Assembly (NCBI GenBank): GCA_032718475.1
Contig: JAUCBJ010001015.1
Location: 1-35,358 of the forward strand
DNA: 35,358 bases
Direction: 5' to 3'
DNA from: Nemertoderma westbladi
Taxonomy: Eukaryota; Animalia; Xenacoelomorpha
The translations under genes and the position numbers were made by a program. Below, piece after piece: positions 11,686 through 23,454 of this stretch (position 1 is the first letter of the stretch; every line of letters begins with the position of its first letter). Below the pieces are notes generated by a model, which saw nothing but the letters and a program-made list of their open reading frames with translations, ran no database searches and was not told the DNA's origin.

Positions 11686-12284
11686 ATTATACCGAATTAG
11701 TACAAGCACTTAATAACTGGCTGTGACTAGAACAAAATCGCCTCCGCTTTGCAGGACATTGCTTTCTTGAGACGCATCTTAAAGGACACTGGCCTTGAAG
11801 ATGCGGATGATCTAGCAAATGTCATGGGTGATAGGGAGTTGTGGCGGTGCAATTTTGTTGACAAGCCGGCACAGCATTCTTAAAAATGCAGCTGCAATGC
11901 AGCATGCCGATCCTAGTAGTAGTAGTAGTAGTGACTAGGACTAAGTTCATAGTTAGTCCCGCCCCTGAACACAGACCAACCCCAACCACCTTATTTTAGC
12001 AGGTCGGAGCCCCCCCCCCCCCCCCCCGGGCAATCTTACAGTTTGCGTTATATTACTAAGTTAATGTTAAGATAATACATTAATCTTAACATTAACTTAT
12101 TAATATAACTCAAACTGTAAGATTGCCCGGGGGGGGGGGGGGGGGGGGGGGGGGGGTCCGACCTGCTAAAATAAGGTTGTCGGGGTTGGTCAGTGATCAG
12201 GGGCGGTATTCATAAATGTGACTAACTATGAACTTAGTCCTTGTCACAGCAAGTTATTAAGTGCTTGTACTAATTCGGTATAAT
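11686..12284. repeat. Foldback inverted duplication (~190-200-bp arms, 9-nt spacer at 12074-12082) including poly-C and poly-G tracts
   Basis: 11686-11730 plus 11939-12073 is the near-perfect reverse complement of 12083-12284. Confidence 0.92.
11731..11930 (+). mobile_element. Short 5'-truncated RTE 3'-end insertion with (TAG)n tail
   Basis: Matches the 3' end of the 9241-10124 and 26722 copies (RLRFAGHCF...LRRILKDTGLEDADDL). An 8-bp TSD GTGACTAG lies at 11723-11730 and 11931-11938. An internal deletion is joined at CTTTC microhomology. Confidence 0.9.
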
Positions 12285-12379
12285 ATAATAAAATTATAAT
12301 ATAATTAAAATTTTGGAGTAAAGGATTATAGTTACAACACATCTGATTCTAACAATTTCACATATATTTTTATCCGCGT

Positions 12380-13279
12380 TTAAAGTAATGGGTGATAACA
12401 GAATCCTACTGAAATAACATAGAGTATACCGAATACTAGATGGTGGGCCGCAGTCCTCTGGGGTAAGTTCGAGGCAACTAGATTGTGGGACACACCAAAG
12501 TGTAGATCATTGGCTAGTATCAAGGCTTGACGAACGGTAACTAAGGGCAACAGCAACCACAATGATAGCTTCAAAGCGCAGCCAATCAGAAGACAATATG
12601 GTGTCAATAATAGGAAAGTGTATAGCCAATCGCAATAGCGATACCCCAATAATATAGCTAAAGAAACAATTCCAGAACGCCTATCGGTTTCTAAGTCTCG
12701 TGTGTTGTTACTATGGAGAATAGCTTCGGTTATTAGAGCCAACGGAACCGAATATAGGAGCACCTTATATGAAAGGTATCCTGTCTGGAGTTCGTAGCTA
12801 AACAACGCCACCAGCGGTCCAAACGCGAACAGAATAACGAGATCTCCAAGGGCCACATATTTGAGGCAACGACTTCCTGAGGAATAAAAGATGGACGAAG
12901 AAATTCCGAGAATAAACAGCGGAACTGATAAAGGAATAACTCTGTTATTCGCGAAAAATATTAGTAACGTAAAATAAAGTGCCAGAGATATAATATATGA
13001 TATTACGGCGCACTGTAATACTGTCTTTGGTTTCAGCCAACCGTTAACAATGGTGACGTCATCGCAACCTATGACGTCGACATCATTCCGGTAATCATTG
13101 TAGGTGTTGAGAAGATTTCCGCCGGCGTGAATAGCGCAGACAGTGAGGCAGCACAGCAGGAATACCGGTAGACTGGTTGGTGAATCTGTTCCTGATAGAA
13201 CCAAACCAAGACAAGCGGGGACCAGACAAGCAGTGAACGACCAAGGTCTAGTCGCCAGAAATAATGTTGTTATCGACAT
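12380..13279 (-). CDS. UBIAD1: UbiA prenyltransferase domain-containing protein 1 (UBIAD1/heix, MenA-like; menaquinone-4 biosynthesis), 299 aa, coding region intronless
   Basis: N-terminal ATRPWSF, first Asp-rich motif HAGGNLLNTYNDYRNDVD, LKYVALGDLVI..FGP, second motif EAILHSNNTRDLETDRRSGIVSLA, C-terminal LPQRTA, and multiple hydrophobic helices. An in-frame TGA two codons upstream supports the ATG. Confidence 0.95.
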   Translation of the reverse strand: MSITTLFLATRPWSFTACLVPACLGLVLSGTDSPTSLPVFLLCCLTVCAIHAGGNLLNTYNDYRNDVDVIGCDDVTIVNGWLKPKTVLQCAVISYIISLALYFTLLIFFANNRVIPLSVPLFILGISSSIFYSSGSRCLKYVALGDLVILFAFGPLVALFSYELQTGYLSYKVLLYSVPLALITEAILHSNNTRDLETDRRSGIVSLAILLGYRYCDWLYTFLLLTPYCLLIGCALKLSLWLLLPLVTVRQALILANDLHFGVSHNLVASNLPQRTAAHHLVFGILYVISVGFCYHPLL

Positions 13280-14521
13280 CCTTCAGCCAGTATAATATAA
13301 CTTAATGCACTTAGAACTATTTACTTTACATATTCTTGTTTCATTCTAACGTAATTAGCGTAAATAAGAAACTACAAACACACATGTATGTATAAATAAA
13401 AGTATGTGTAGGCCTATTCCGGTAGTGTTTTTTCCCAAAATTGCAAAGTTCACTTCGAAATTTAAGTCAACTTCCGCTTTATCCGCTATGCTTTTATTCC
13501 GAATTTGTGTAAACCCTTCCTTTACTTTACTAATTACTAAAGGGAAAGAAACAGGTTACACAGAGATGTATTTGTTACGGAAACAACAAACTGCATAGTA
13601 ACTCAAGTGGAAAAGGACCCTTTGGAAATATTTGTATCACTTTGTATCACAAATCAGCTTGTTCCATGTGATTGGTTGAATAGTTTAGGAATTATAAAGT
13701 TGATTTATATTTCAGCGTGAACTTTTACATTTCGTGATGTTTTGAAAAGTTTAATCGTTTGGTTATAATTTCTCTAATTTAATAATTGGAAATGGCATAT
13801 CATATTGAGTACAATCGTAAAGTTAATTTATTAAAATGTAAAGTTTTATTTCCCCATGGAATGATGCATACCCTGAGTTATGATGTGCGAATTACTGTAT
13901 ATAATCAATCTCTGCCAATAAGGCTGACTGCTTTTATGTAACGTGGACATTATGGAATAAAAATATGATTCATAATAATACAATAAATTTACGTAATAAA
14001 CATTTAAAATATTTCGTTATAAATAAAACTATGAAGAAACATTAGAATATTTAATAATAATAAAAATAATTAAATTATCTAAGCTTATCTAAATTCTTGT
14101 AAATGAACTACAGTTTAGTGAATTCTTCTATTACAGAAATATATAATGAAACATTGAGATTCGGTAATAATTATATGGGAAAATTTAGTTAGATCGAAGA
14201 TATAATAATGTAGAAAGCTACACGTGGTAATGAATGCCTCCTAGGAATGCAAACACAAACAGCTGTGTTTCAAGGCCATTTATTCGTCGCAGTTCACAAT
14301 GCATTAATTATGAGAGAGCATTAGTTGCTTGAAACAATTTATAATGTCACCGAAGTGATCCACTAATAATAACAATACTGTGCATTCGTGCCTGTCGAGC
14401 TGATGTTAAGTCAATCACGACTTTAACACAAACTGGAGCTGTTTGTGTACGGTGTTGTGTGGGTAACATCAAATTTATTTAACTTCATTTTTTTCCTTTT
14501 CTTGGTTGAATTAATTGGAGT

Positions 14522-14917
14522 TGTTGTAATTTTGATATATATAATGTTGATAATTTGTTAATTTTATTCTTTATTATTCTCTTTACTATCATTATCATTA
14601 TTATCAGTAACACCGCGCATAGTCAGCCTTTAATTAGCACCAGGCGGTTAGGTCATACCGTCTGACTGCCTGACATGGCCTTCTGATTGACCAGGACTGT
14701 GTAGTCATACTAATTAATCACAGACCGGTACCGTACGACTGAGCACTGCAGTTCAGTCAGCCATCCGTACTGTAGTCGTGCTACTTACCTATCTGTCACT
14801 CACCATCTGCTGTTGTTATACCATTGTATTGCATCTCATTATACCGCGTTGCGTTATTCCACGCCACCTTGCCACTGACATCCAACGGCAGACACATGGT
14901 GGCAGCGGTGGGATTCG
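14522..14917 (+). mobile_element. Remnant 5' LTR followed by a tRNA-Leu primer-binding site
   Basis: ...GACACA (ends 14896) is immediately followed by TGGTGGCAGCGGTGGGATTCG (14897-14917), the complement of the 3' end, including CCA, of eukaryotic tRNA-Leu(AAG/TAG type). The LTR start (TGTTGTAA at 14522) is a guess. Confidence 0.7.
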
Positions 14918-15050
14918 TCAACGACGAAAAGTGAAAGAAGTTGCGTCAGCCGGTTAGGTCATAAGGCCATGGCAGGCCCGACCCGACAGTCGGTATGACC
15001 TAACCGGCTGGCGCAGCTATTAATTGTTCTCTAGAGACTGATGCACCTTG

Positions 15051-15440
15051 GGGGTCTCCGGACAATTCGTACCCGGACAAATCGTACCCGGTCAATTCGT
15101 ACCCGGATAATTTGTACCCGAAAATTTGTTGACGGGTACGAATTGTCCTGATACTGACTAGTGTAAGTACGTTATATTGATTTTTTATACTAGCTAGTTT
15201 TTGCTAAGTTTTTAATAAATGTTATAGAACAAGTGTTGTTATAAATTTTGATAAATATTTTTGTTCTAGAACACTTTTTTCTAGAACATTTTTTTGGAAA
15301 AAATACCATCCTACTGTCAGAAGGTCAAATATTTGTTCTAGAAAAAAAAACCTGCATTATCTGTCTGTATCCGAAAAATTCGTACCCATCATAAAAAATT
15401 TCGGGTACGAATTGTCCGGTACGAATTGTCCAAATTTCGC
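15051..15440. mobile_element. MITE-like element with 15-bp subterminal repeats (GGACAATTCGTACCC) in opposite orientations at its ends
   Basis: Four tandem copies at 15060-15120, inverted copies GGGTACGAATTGTCC at ~15134 and 15406-15431. Confidence 0.7.
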
Positions 15441-16269
15441 ACGTGGGATATACAATGTTCGCGTTCGGTCTTTTTCTAACCAAAACAATAAACGATGTTT
15501 GTTACCAATTGAGGGAAAGGAGTAATAATAAAATGATATAAATGGGGGTGGGTGTGACAGCACTGGGGTGTAACACTCGTAGCAGGAATGGTCGAGGTCG
15601 GGGTACCGAGTAGCGCCTATTGTAGCATCTCTGAGGTCTTTTTAGGGAAAACAGATGCAGTTTGCCCGCGACGATTGCAGATACGATAAAAAAACAGAGC
15701 TGCCAAGACTACACTTTACAGTGATGAGTTAATATTAATTGCGTAGGCTATTTGTATTATGAGGGAGAATAGCCTACTGCACTGCAGTACCGTACCCGTA
15801 TGTATACCGCATCATAATACAGACAAACTGTTTCACATATTATGCATGTTTCCATTCTCAAGTTTCTTTGGATGTGTAAGTCCCAGACAATTGTAGACAT
15901 ATTATTAGAGATATACTGTAGAGCTGCCCTTGAGGTTTCGATGTTTTTCGATAATGAAAGTCGAACAAAGATCATTTCCACCACAATTCACTAGTAAATG
16001 AAATTTCGCCTACGGCAAAGAATTTCTACGATCAGGTTGTATTCTACATGTTCCCATTTAATAATACATTACTATTCAAAAATTGAAACATTTTTTTCAT
16101 CTGTCAGTTTCGACAGCGTCAAAAAAGTTTAACTTTATGTCCGCTAACACTTTTTATGCTCATACTATTATTACATTAAATGAACCAAAGTACCCGTACC
16201 GGTACGCAACAGCTATTGTCAAACATCAGTATTGGGGATAAACTCTGTACCTTAGATTGCCAAGTAGGG

Positions 16270-16301
16270 TGTCATTTCAGCCTTTCAGCCTCATAGGGTT
16301 A
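16270..16301. mobile_element. Isolated piggyBac-like terminus (...CAGCCTCATAGGG|TTAA)
   Basis: AGGG followed by TTAA is the typical piggyBac end; no partner end identified. Confidence 0.3.
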
Positions 16302-16660
16302 ATGTTAAATTAATATTGAAAAATTAGTGCCCAGAAGTAAAATTTTGACTGTAAACTGTGTTCCTAAGTTTAGTTTATTATTTTGGTTAGAAAAGCGTGC
16401 CGTACGGAGTCCACCTGCAGTATTGATGATATTCTCGGTTCCCACTAACAACAAGGATACTTAAGGGAATGGCAATTACTACCGCGAATTTACCAGTTTT
16501 CCTGTACGGCAACGCCGGGTGAATACCACTATAGAAGGTACTTCGTTCACTGGCACAAGGTGAGACGGTTGAAAGCGTCCTCAATGTGGTCTACCTATAT
16601 TAAACTGTATGGCGTCCTCTGGCGGAAGTTCATCGGAAAGTCGGAGAGAATGTTTCAATT

Positions 16661-19600
16661 TACTCGTCTAATTTACTTGCCTCGCTAAGCTCTGTGAGTA
16701 ATCCGACTCGTACTGTTTTACTTGCCTCGCTGCGCTCAGCGATTAAACCGACTCGTACTGTTTTACTTGCCTCGCTGCGCTCGGCGAGTAAACCAACTCC
16801 TACTGTTTTACTTGCCTCGCTGTGCTCGGCGATTAAACCGACTCGTACTGTTTTACTTGCCTCGCTGCGCTCGGCGAGTAAACCAACTCCTACTGTTTTA
16901 CTTGCCTCGCTGCCCTCGGCGAGTAAACCGACTCGAACTGTTTTACATGCCTTGCTACGCTCGGTGAATAAACTGACTGGTACTGTTTTACTTGCCTCGC
17001 TGCGCTCGGCGAGTAAACCGACTCAAACTGTTTTACTTGCCTCGCTACGCTTGGTGAGTAAACCGACTCGTACTGTTTTACTTGCCTCGCTGCCCTTGGC
17101 GAGTAAACCGACTCGAACTGTTTTACTTGCCTCGCTACGCTCGATGAGTAAACCGACTTGTACTGTTTTACTTGCCTCGCTGCCCTCAGCGAGTAAACAG
17201 ACTCGAACTGTTTTATTTCCCTCGCTACGCTCGGTGAGTAAACCGACTTGTACTGTTTTACTTGCCTCGCTGCGCTCGGCGAGTAAACCGACTCGTGCTG
17301 TTTTACTTGCCTCACTGCACTCAGCGAGTAAACCAATTTAAACTGTTTTACTTGCCTCGCTGCACTCGCTGAGTAAACCAACTCGTACTGTTTTACTTGC
17401 CTCGCTGTGCTCGGCCAGTAAACCGACTCGTACTGTTTTACTTGCCTCACTGCACTCGGTGAGTAAACCAACTCGAACTGTTTTACTTGCCTCGCTGTGC
17501 TCAGTGAGTAAACCGCCTCATACTGTTTTACTTGCCTCGCTGCGCTCAGTGAGTAAACCAACTCGTACTGTTTTAATTGCCTCACTGCGCTCGGTGCATA
17601 AACCGAAAACCGACTCAAACTGCTTTACTTGCCTCGCTACGCTCGGTGAGTAAACCAACTCGTACTGTTTTACTTGCCTCACTGCGCTCAGTGAGTAAAC
17701 TGACTCAAACTGTTTTACTTGCCTCGCTAAGCTCAGTGAGTAAACCGACTCGTACTGTTTTACTTGCCTCGCTGCGCTCAGCGATTAAACCGACTCATAC
17801 TGTTTTACTTGCCTCGCTGCGCTCGGCGAGTAAACCAACTCCTACTGTTTTACTTGCCTCGCTGCACTCAGCGATTAAACCGACTCGTACTGTTTTACTT
17901 GCCTCGCTGCGCTCGGCGAGTAAACCAACTCCTACTGTTTTACTTGCCTCGCTGTGCTCGGCGATTAAACCGACTCGTACTGTTTTACTTGCCTCGCTGC
18001 GCTCGGCGAGTAAACCAACTCCTACTGTTTTACTTGCCTCGCTGCCCTCGGCGAGTAAACCGACTCGAACTGTTTTACATGCCTTGCTACGCTCGGTGAA
18101 TAAACTGACTGGTACTGTTTTACTTGCCTCGCTGCGCTCGGCGAGTAAACCGACTCAAACTGTTTTACTTGCCTCGCTACGCTTGGTGAGTAAACCGACT
18201 CGTACTGTTTTACTTGCCTCGCTGCCCTTGGCGAGTAAACCGACTCGAACTGTTTTACTTGCCTCGCTACGCTCGATGAGTAAACCGACTTGTACTGTTT
18301 TACTTGCCTCGCTGCCCTCAGCGAGTAAACAGACTCGAACTGTTTTATTTCCCTCGCTACGCTCGGTGAGTAAACCGACTTGTACTGTTTTACTTGCCTC
18401 GCTGCGCTCGGCGAGTAAACCGACTCGTGCTGTTTTACTTGCCTCACTGCGCTCAGCGAGTAAACCAATTTAAACTGTTTTACTTGCCTCGCTGCACTCG
18501 CTGAGTAAACCAACTCGTACTGTTTTACTTGCCTCACTGTGCTCGGCCAGTAAACCGACTCGTACTGTTTTACTTGCCTCACTGCACTCGGTGAGTAAAC
18601 CAACTCGAACTGTTTTACTTGCCTCGCTGTGCTCAGTGAGTAAACCGCCTCATACTGTTTTACTTGCCTCGCTGCGCTCAGTGAGTAAACCAACTCGTAC
18701 TGTTTTAATTGCCTCACTGCGCTCGGTGCATAAACCGAAAACCGACTCAAACTGCTTTACTTGCCTCGCTACGCTCGGTGAGTAAACCAACTCGTACTGT
18801 TTTACTTGCCTCACTGCGCTCAGTGAGTAAACTGACTCAAACTGTTTTACTTGCCTCGCTAAGCTCAGTGAGTAAACCGACTCGTACTGTTTTACTTGCC
18901 TCGCTGCGCTCAGCGATTAAACCGACTCATACTGTTTTACTTGCCTCGCTGCGCTCAGCGAGTAAACCAACTCCTACTGTTTTACTTGCCTCGCTGCACT
19001 CAGCGATTAAACCGACTCGTACTGTTTTACTTGCCTCGCTGCGCTCGGCGAGTAAACCAACTCCTACTGTTTTACTTGCCTCGCTGTGCTCGGCGATTAA
19101 ACCGACTCGTACTGTTTTACTTGCCTCGCTGCGCTCGGCGAGTAAACCAACTCCTACTGTTTTACTTGCCTCGCTGCCCTCGGCGAGTAAACCGACTCGA
19201 ACTGTTTTACATGCCTTGCTACGCTCGGTGAATAAACTGACTGGTACTGTTTTACTTGCCTCGCTGCGCTCGGCGAGTAAACTGACTCAAACTGTTTTAC
19301 TTGCCTCGCTACGCTTGGTGAGTAAACTGACTCGTACTGTTTTACTTGCCTCGCTGCCCTCGGCGAGTAAACCGACTCGAACTGTTTTACTTGCCTCGCT
19401 ACGCTCGATGAGTAAACCGACTTGTACTGTTTTACTTGCCTCGCTGCCCTCAGCGAGTAAACTGACTCGAACTGTTTTATTTCCCTCGCTACGCTCGGTG
19501 AGTAAACCGACTTGTACTGTTTTACTTGCCTCGCTGCGCTCGGTGAGTAAACCGACTCGTGCTGTTTTACTTGCCTCACTGCGCTCGGCGAGTAAACCAA

Positions 19601-22600
19601 TTTAAACTGTTTTACTTGCCTCGCTGCGCTCGCTGAGTAAACCGACTCATACTGTTTTACTTGCCTCGCTGTGCTCGGCGAGTAAACCGACTCGTACTGT
19701 TTTACTTGCCTCAATGCACTCGGTGAGTAAACCGACTCGAACTGTTTTACTTGCCTCGCTGTGCTCAGTGAGTAAACCGATTCATACTGTTTTACTTGCC
19801 TCGCTGCGCTCAGTGAGTAAACCAACTCGTACTGTTTTAATTGCCTCACTGCGCTCGGTGCATAAACCGAAAACCGACTCAAACTGTTTTACTTGCCTCG
19901 CTACGCTCGGTGAGTAAACCAACTTGTACTGTTTTACTTGCCTCACTGCGCTCAGTGAGTAAACTGACTCAAACTGTTTTACTTGCCTCGCTAAGCTCAG
20001 TGAGTAAACCGACTCGTACTGTTTTACTTGCCTCGCTGCGCTAAGCGATTAAACCGACTCATACTGTTTTACTTGCCTCGCTGAGCTCGGCGAGTAAACC
20101 AACTCCTACTGTTTTACTTGCCTCACTGCGTTCGGCGATTAAACCGACTCGTACTGTTTTACTTGCCTCGCTGCGCTCGGCGAGTAAACCAACTCCTACT
20201 GTTTTACTTGCCTCGCTGCCCTCGGCGAGTAAACCGACTCGAACTGTTTTACATGCCTTGCTACGCTCGGTGAGTAAACTGACTCGTACTGTTTTACTTG
20301 CCTCGCTGCGCTCGGCGAGTAAACCGACTCGAACTGTTTTACTTGCCTCGCTACGCTTGGTGAGTAAACCGACTCGTACTGTTTTACTTGCCTCGCTGCC
20401 CTCGGCAAGTAAACCGACTCGAACTGTTTTACTTGCCTCGCTACGCTCGATGAGTAAACCGACTTGTACTGTTTTACTTGCCTCGCTGCCCTCAGCGAGT
20501 AAACCGACTCGAACTGTTTTATTTCCCTCGCTACGCTCGGTGAGTAAACCGACTTGTACTGTTTTACTTGCCTCGCTGCGTTCGGCGAGTAAACCAACTC
20601 GTACTGTTTTACTTGCCTCACTGCGCTCGGCGAGTAAACCAATTTAAACTGTTTTACTTGCCTCGCTGCGCTCGCTGAGTAAACCGACTCATACTGTTTT
20701 ACTTGCCTCGCAGTGCTCGGCGAGTAAACCGACTCGTACTGTTTTACTTGCCTCGCTGCGCTTGGTGAGTAAACCGACTCGAACTGTTTTACTTGCCTCA
20801 CTGCGCTCAGTGAGTAAATCGACTCATACTGTTTTACTTGCCTCGCTGCGCTCAGTGAGTAAACCAACTCGTACTGTTTTAATTGCCTCGCTGCGCTCGG
20901 TGCGTAAACCGAAAACCGACTCAAACTGTTTTACTTGCCTCGCTACACTCGGTGAGTAAACCAACTCGTACTGTTTTACTTGCCTCACTGCGCTCAGTGA
21001 GTAAACTGACTCGAACTGTTTTACTTGCCTCGCTACGCTCGGTGAGTAAACCGACTCGTACTGTTTTACTTGCCTCGCTGCGCACCTTGAGTAAACCGAC
21101 TCATACTGTTTTACTTGCCTCGCTGCACTCGGTGAGTAAACCGACTCGAACTGTTTTACTTGCCTCGCTACGCTCGGTGAGTAAACCAACTCATACTGTT
21201 TTATTTGCCTCGCTGCACTCGTTGAGTAAACTGACTCATACTGTTTTACTTTCCTCGCTGCACTCGGTGAGTAAACCGACTCGAACTGTTTTACTTGCCT
21301 CGCTACGCTCATTGAGTAAACCGACTCATACTGTTTTACTTGCCTTGCTGCGCTCGGTGAGTAAACCGACTCGAACTGTTTTACTTGCCTCGCTACACTC
21401 GGTGAGTAAACCGACTCGTACTGTTTTACTTGCCTCGCTGCTATCGGTGAGTAAACCAACTCGTACTGTTTTACTTGCCTCACTGCGCTTGGTGAGTAAA
21501 CCGACTCGTACTGTTTTACTTGCCTCGCTACGGTCGGTGAGTAAACCGACTCGTACTGTTTTACTTGCCTCACTGCGCTCAGTGTATAAACCGATTCGTA
21601 CTGTTTTACTTGCCTCGTTGCGCTCGGTGAGTAAACCGACTCATACAGTTTTACTTGCCTCGCTGCGCTCGGTGAGTAAACCGACTCGTACTGTTTTACT
21701 TGTCTCGCTGCGCTCGGCGAGTAAACCGACTCGTACTGTTTTACTTGCCTCGCTGCGCTTGATGAGTAAACCAACTCGTACTGTTTTACTTGCCTCACTG
21801 CCCTCAGTAAGTAAACCGACTCTTACTGTTTTACTTGCCTCGCTGCGCTCGGTGAGTAAACCAACTCGTACTGTTTTACTTGTCTCGCTGCGCTTGGTGA
21901 GTAAACCAACTCGTACTGTTTTACTTGCCTCGCTGCACTCGTTGAGTAAACCGACTCATACTGTTTTACTTTCCTCGCTGCGCTCGGTGAGTAAACCGAC
22001 TCGAACTGTTTTACTTGCCTCGCTACACTCATTGAGTAAACCGACTCATACTGTTTTACTTTCCTTGCTGCGCTCGGTGAGTAAACCGACTCGAACTGTT
22101 TTACTTGCCTCGCTACACTCGGTGAGTAAACCGACTCGTACTGTTTTACTTGCCTCGCTGCTATCGGTGAGTAAACCAACTCGTACTGTTTTACTTGCCT
22201 CACTGCGCTCGGTGAGTAAACCGACTCGTACTGTTTTACTTGCCTCGCTACGGTCGGTGAGTAAACCGACTCGTACTGTTTTACTTGCCTCACTGCGCTC
22301 AGTGTGTAAACCGATTCGTACTGTTTTACTTACCTCGTTGCGCTCAGTGAGTAAACCGACTCATACAGTTTTACTTGCCTCGCTGCGCTCGGTGAGTAAA
22401 CCGACTCGTACTGTTTTACTTGTCTCGCTGCGCTCGGCGAGTAAACCGACTCGTACTGTTTTACTTGCCTCGCTGCGCTCGATGAGTAAACCAACTCGTA
22501 CTGTTTTACTTGCCTCACTGCCCTCAGTAAGTAAACCGACTCGTACTGTTTTACTTGCCTCGCTGCGCTCGGTGAGTAAACCAACTCGTACTGTTTTACT

Positions 22601-23454
22601 TGTCTCGCTGCGCTCGGTGAGTAAACCAACTCGTACTGTTTTACTTGCCTCACTGCCCTCAGTAAGTAAACCGACTCGTACTGTTCTACTTGCCTCGCTA
22701 CGGTCGGTGAGTAAACCGACTCGAACTGTTTTACTTGCCTCGCTACGCTCATTGAGTAAACCGACTCATACTGTTTTACTTGCCTTGCTGCGCTCGGTGA
22801 GTAAACCGACTCGAACTGGTTTACTTGCCTCGCTACACTCGGTGAGTAAACCGACTCGAACTGTTTTACTTGCCTCGCTACGCTCGGTGAGTAAACCGAC
22901 TCGTACTGTTTTACTTGCCTCGCTGCTATCGGTGAGTAAACCAACTCGTACTATTTTTACTTGCCTCACTGCGCTCGGTGAGTAAACCGACTCGTACTGT
23001 TTTACTTGCCTCACTGCGCTCAGTGTGTAAACCGATTCGTACTGTTTTACTTGCCTCGTTGCGCTCGGTGAGTAAACCGACTCATACAGTTTTACTTGCC
23101 TCGCTGCGCTCGGTGAGTAAACCGACTCGTACTGTTTTACTTGTCTCGCTGCGCTCGGCGAGTAAACCGACTCGTACTGTTTTACTTGCCTCGCTGCGCT
23201 CGGTGAGTAAACCAACTCGTACTGTTTTACTTGCCTCACTGCCCTCAGTAAGTAAACCGACTCGTACTGTTTTACTTGCCTCGCTGCGCTCGGCGAGTAA
23301 ACCGACTCGTACTGTTTTACTTGCCTCGCTGCGCTCGGTGAGTAAACCGAGTCGTACTGTTTTACTTGTCTCGCTGCACTCGGCGAGTAAACCGACTCGA
23401 GCTGTTTTACTTGACTCGCTACGCTCGGTGAGTAAACCGACTCTAACTGTTTTC
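16661..23454. repeat. 45-bp satellite, ~150 copies, consensus ACTGTTTTACTTGCCTCGCTGCGCTCGGTGAGTAAACCGACTCGT, with higher-order repeats
   Basis: Directly visible. The 7-bp insertion variant AAACCGAAAACCG recurs at spacings of 1132, 1132 and 1042 bp. The CTATCGG variant recurs at 720 and 765 bp in the right part. Confidence 0.98.

Larger units (their letters stand above)
10290..11964. mobile_element. PIF/Harbinger-like non-autonomous element carrying nested insertions
   Basis: Left end CTG|GGGCGGTATTCATA and right end CCGCCC|CTG give a 3-bp CTG duplication. The right TIR lacks 13 bp (ACATTTATGAATA) that are preserved in its mirror copy at ~12201-12220. Confidence 0.55.

Noticed and set aside
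12380-13279. Horizontal transfer of bacterial menA
   Set aside because: The motifs (RPWSF, EAILHSNNTRD, LPQRTA) are animal UBIAD1-type, and lack of introns alone is not evidence of transfer.
14897-14917. tRNA-Leu gene on the minus strand
   Set aside because: Only the 3' 21 nt match, including an encoded CCA, directly after a CA dinucleotide. This is a primer-binding site, not a tRNA gene.
15757-15984. Cys-containing peptide (TCIICETVC) as a piggyBac C-terminal cysteine-rich domain
   Set aside because: Too short and degenerate to support without a profile search.
16661-23454. Long ORFs (up to 700 aa; SKPTRTVLLASLRSV and ARQVKQYESVYSPSA repeats) as real proteins, or the array as CRISPR
   Set aside because: The 45-bp unit is a multiple of 3, so open frames on both strands arise automatically. 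The 7-bp and 1-bp insertions break frame. There are no unique spacers and no cas genes.
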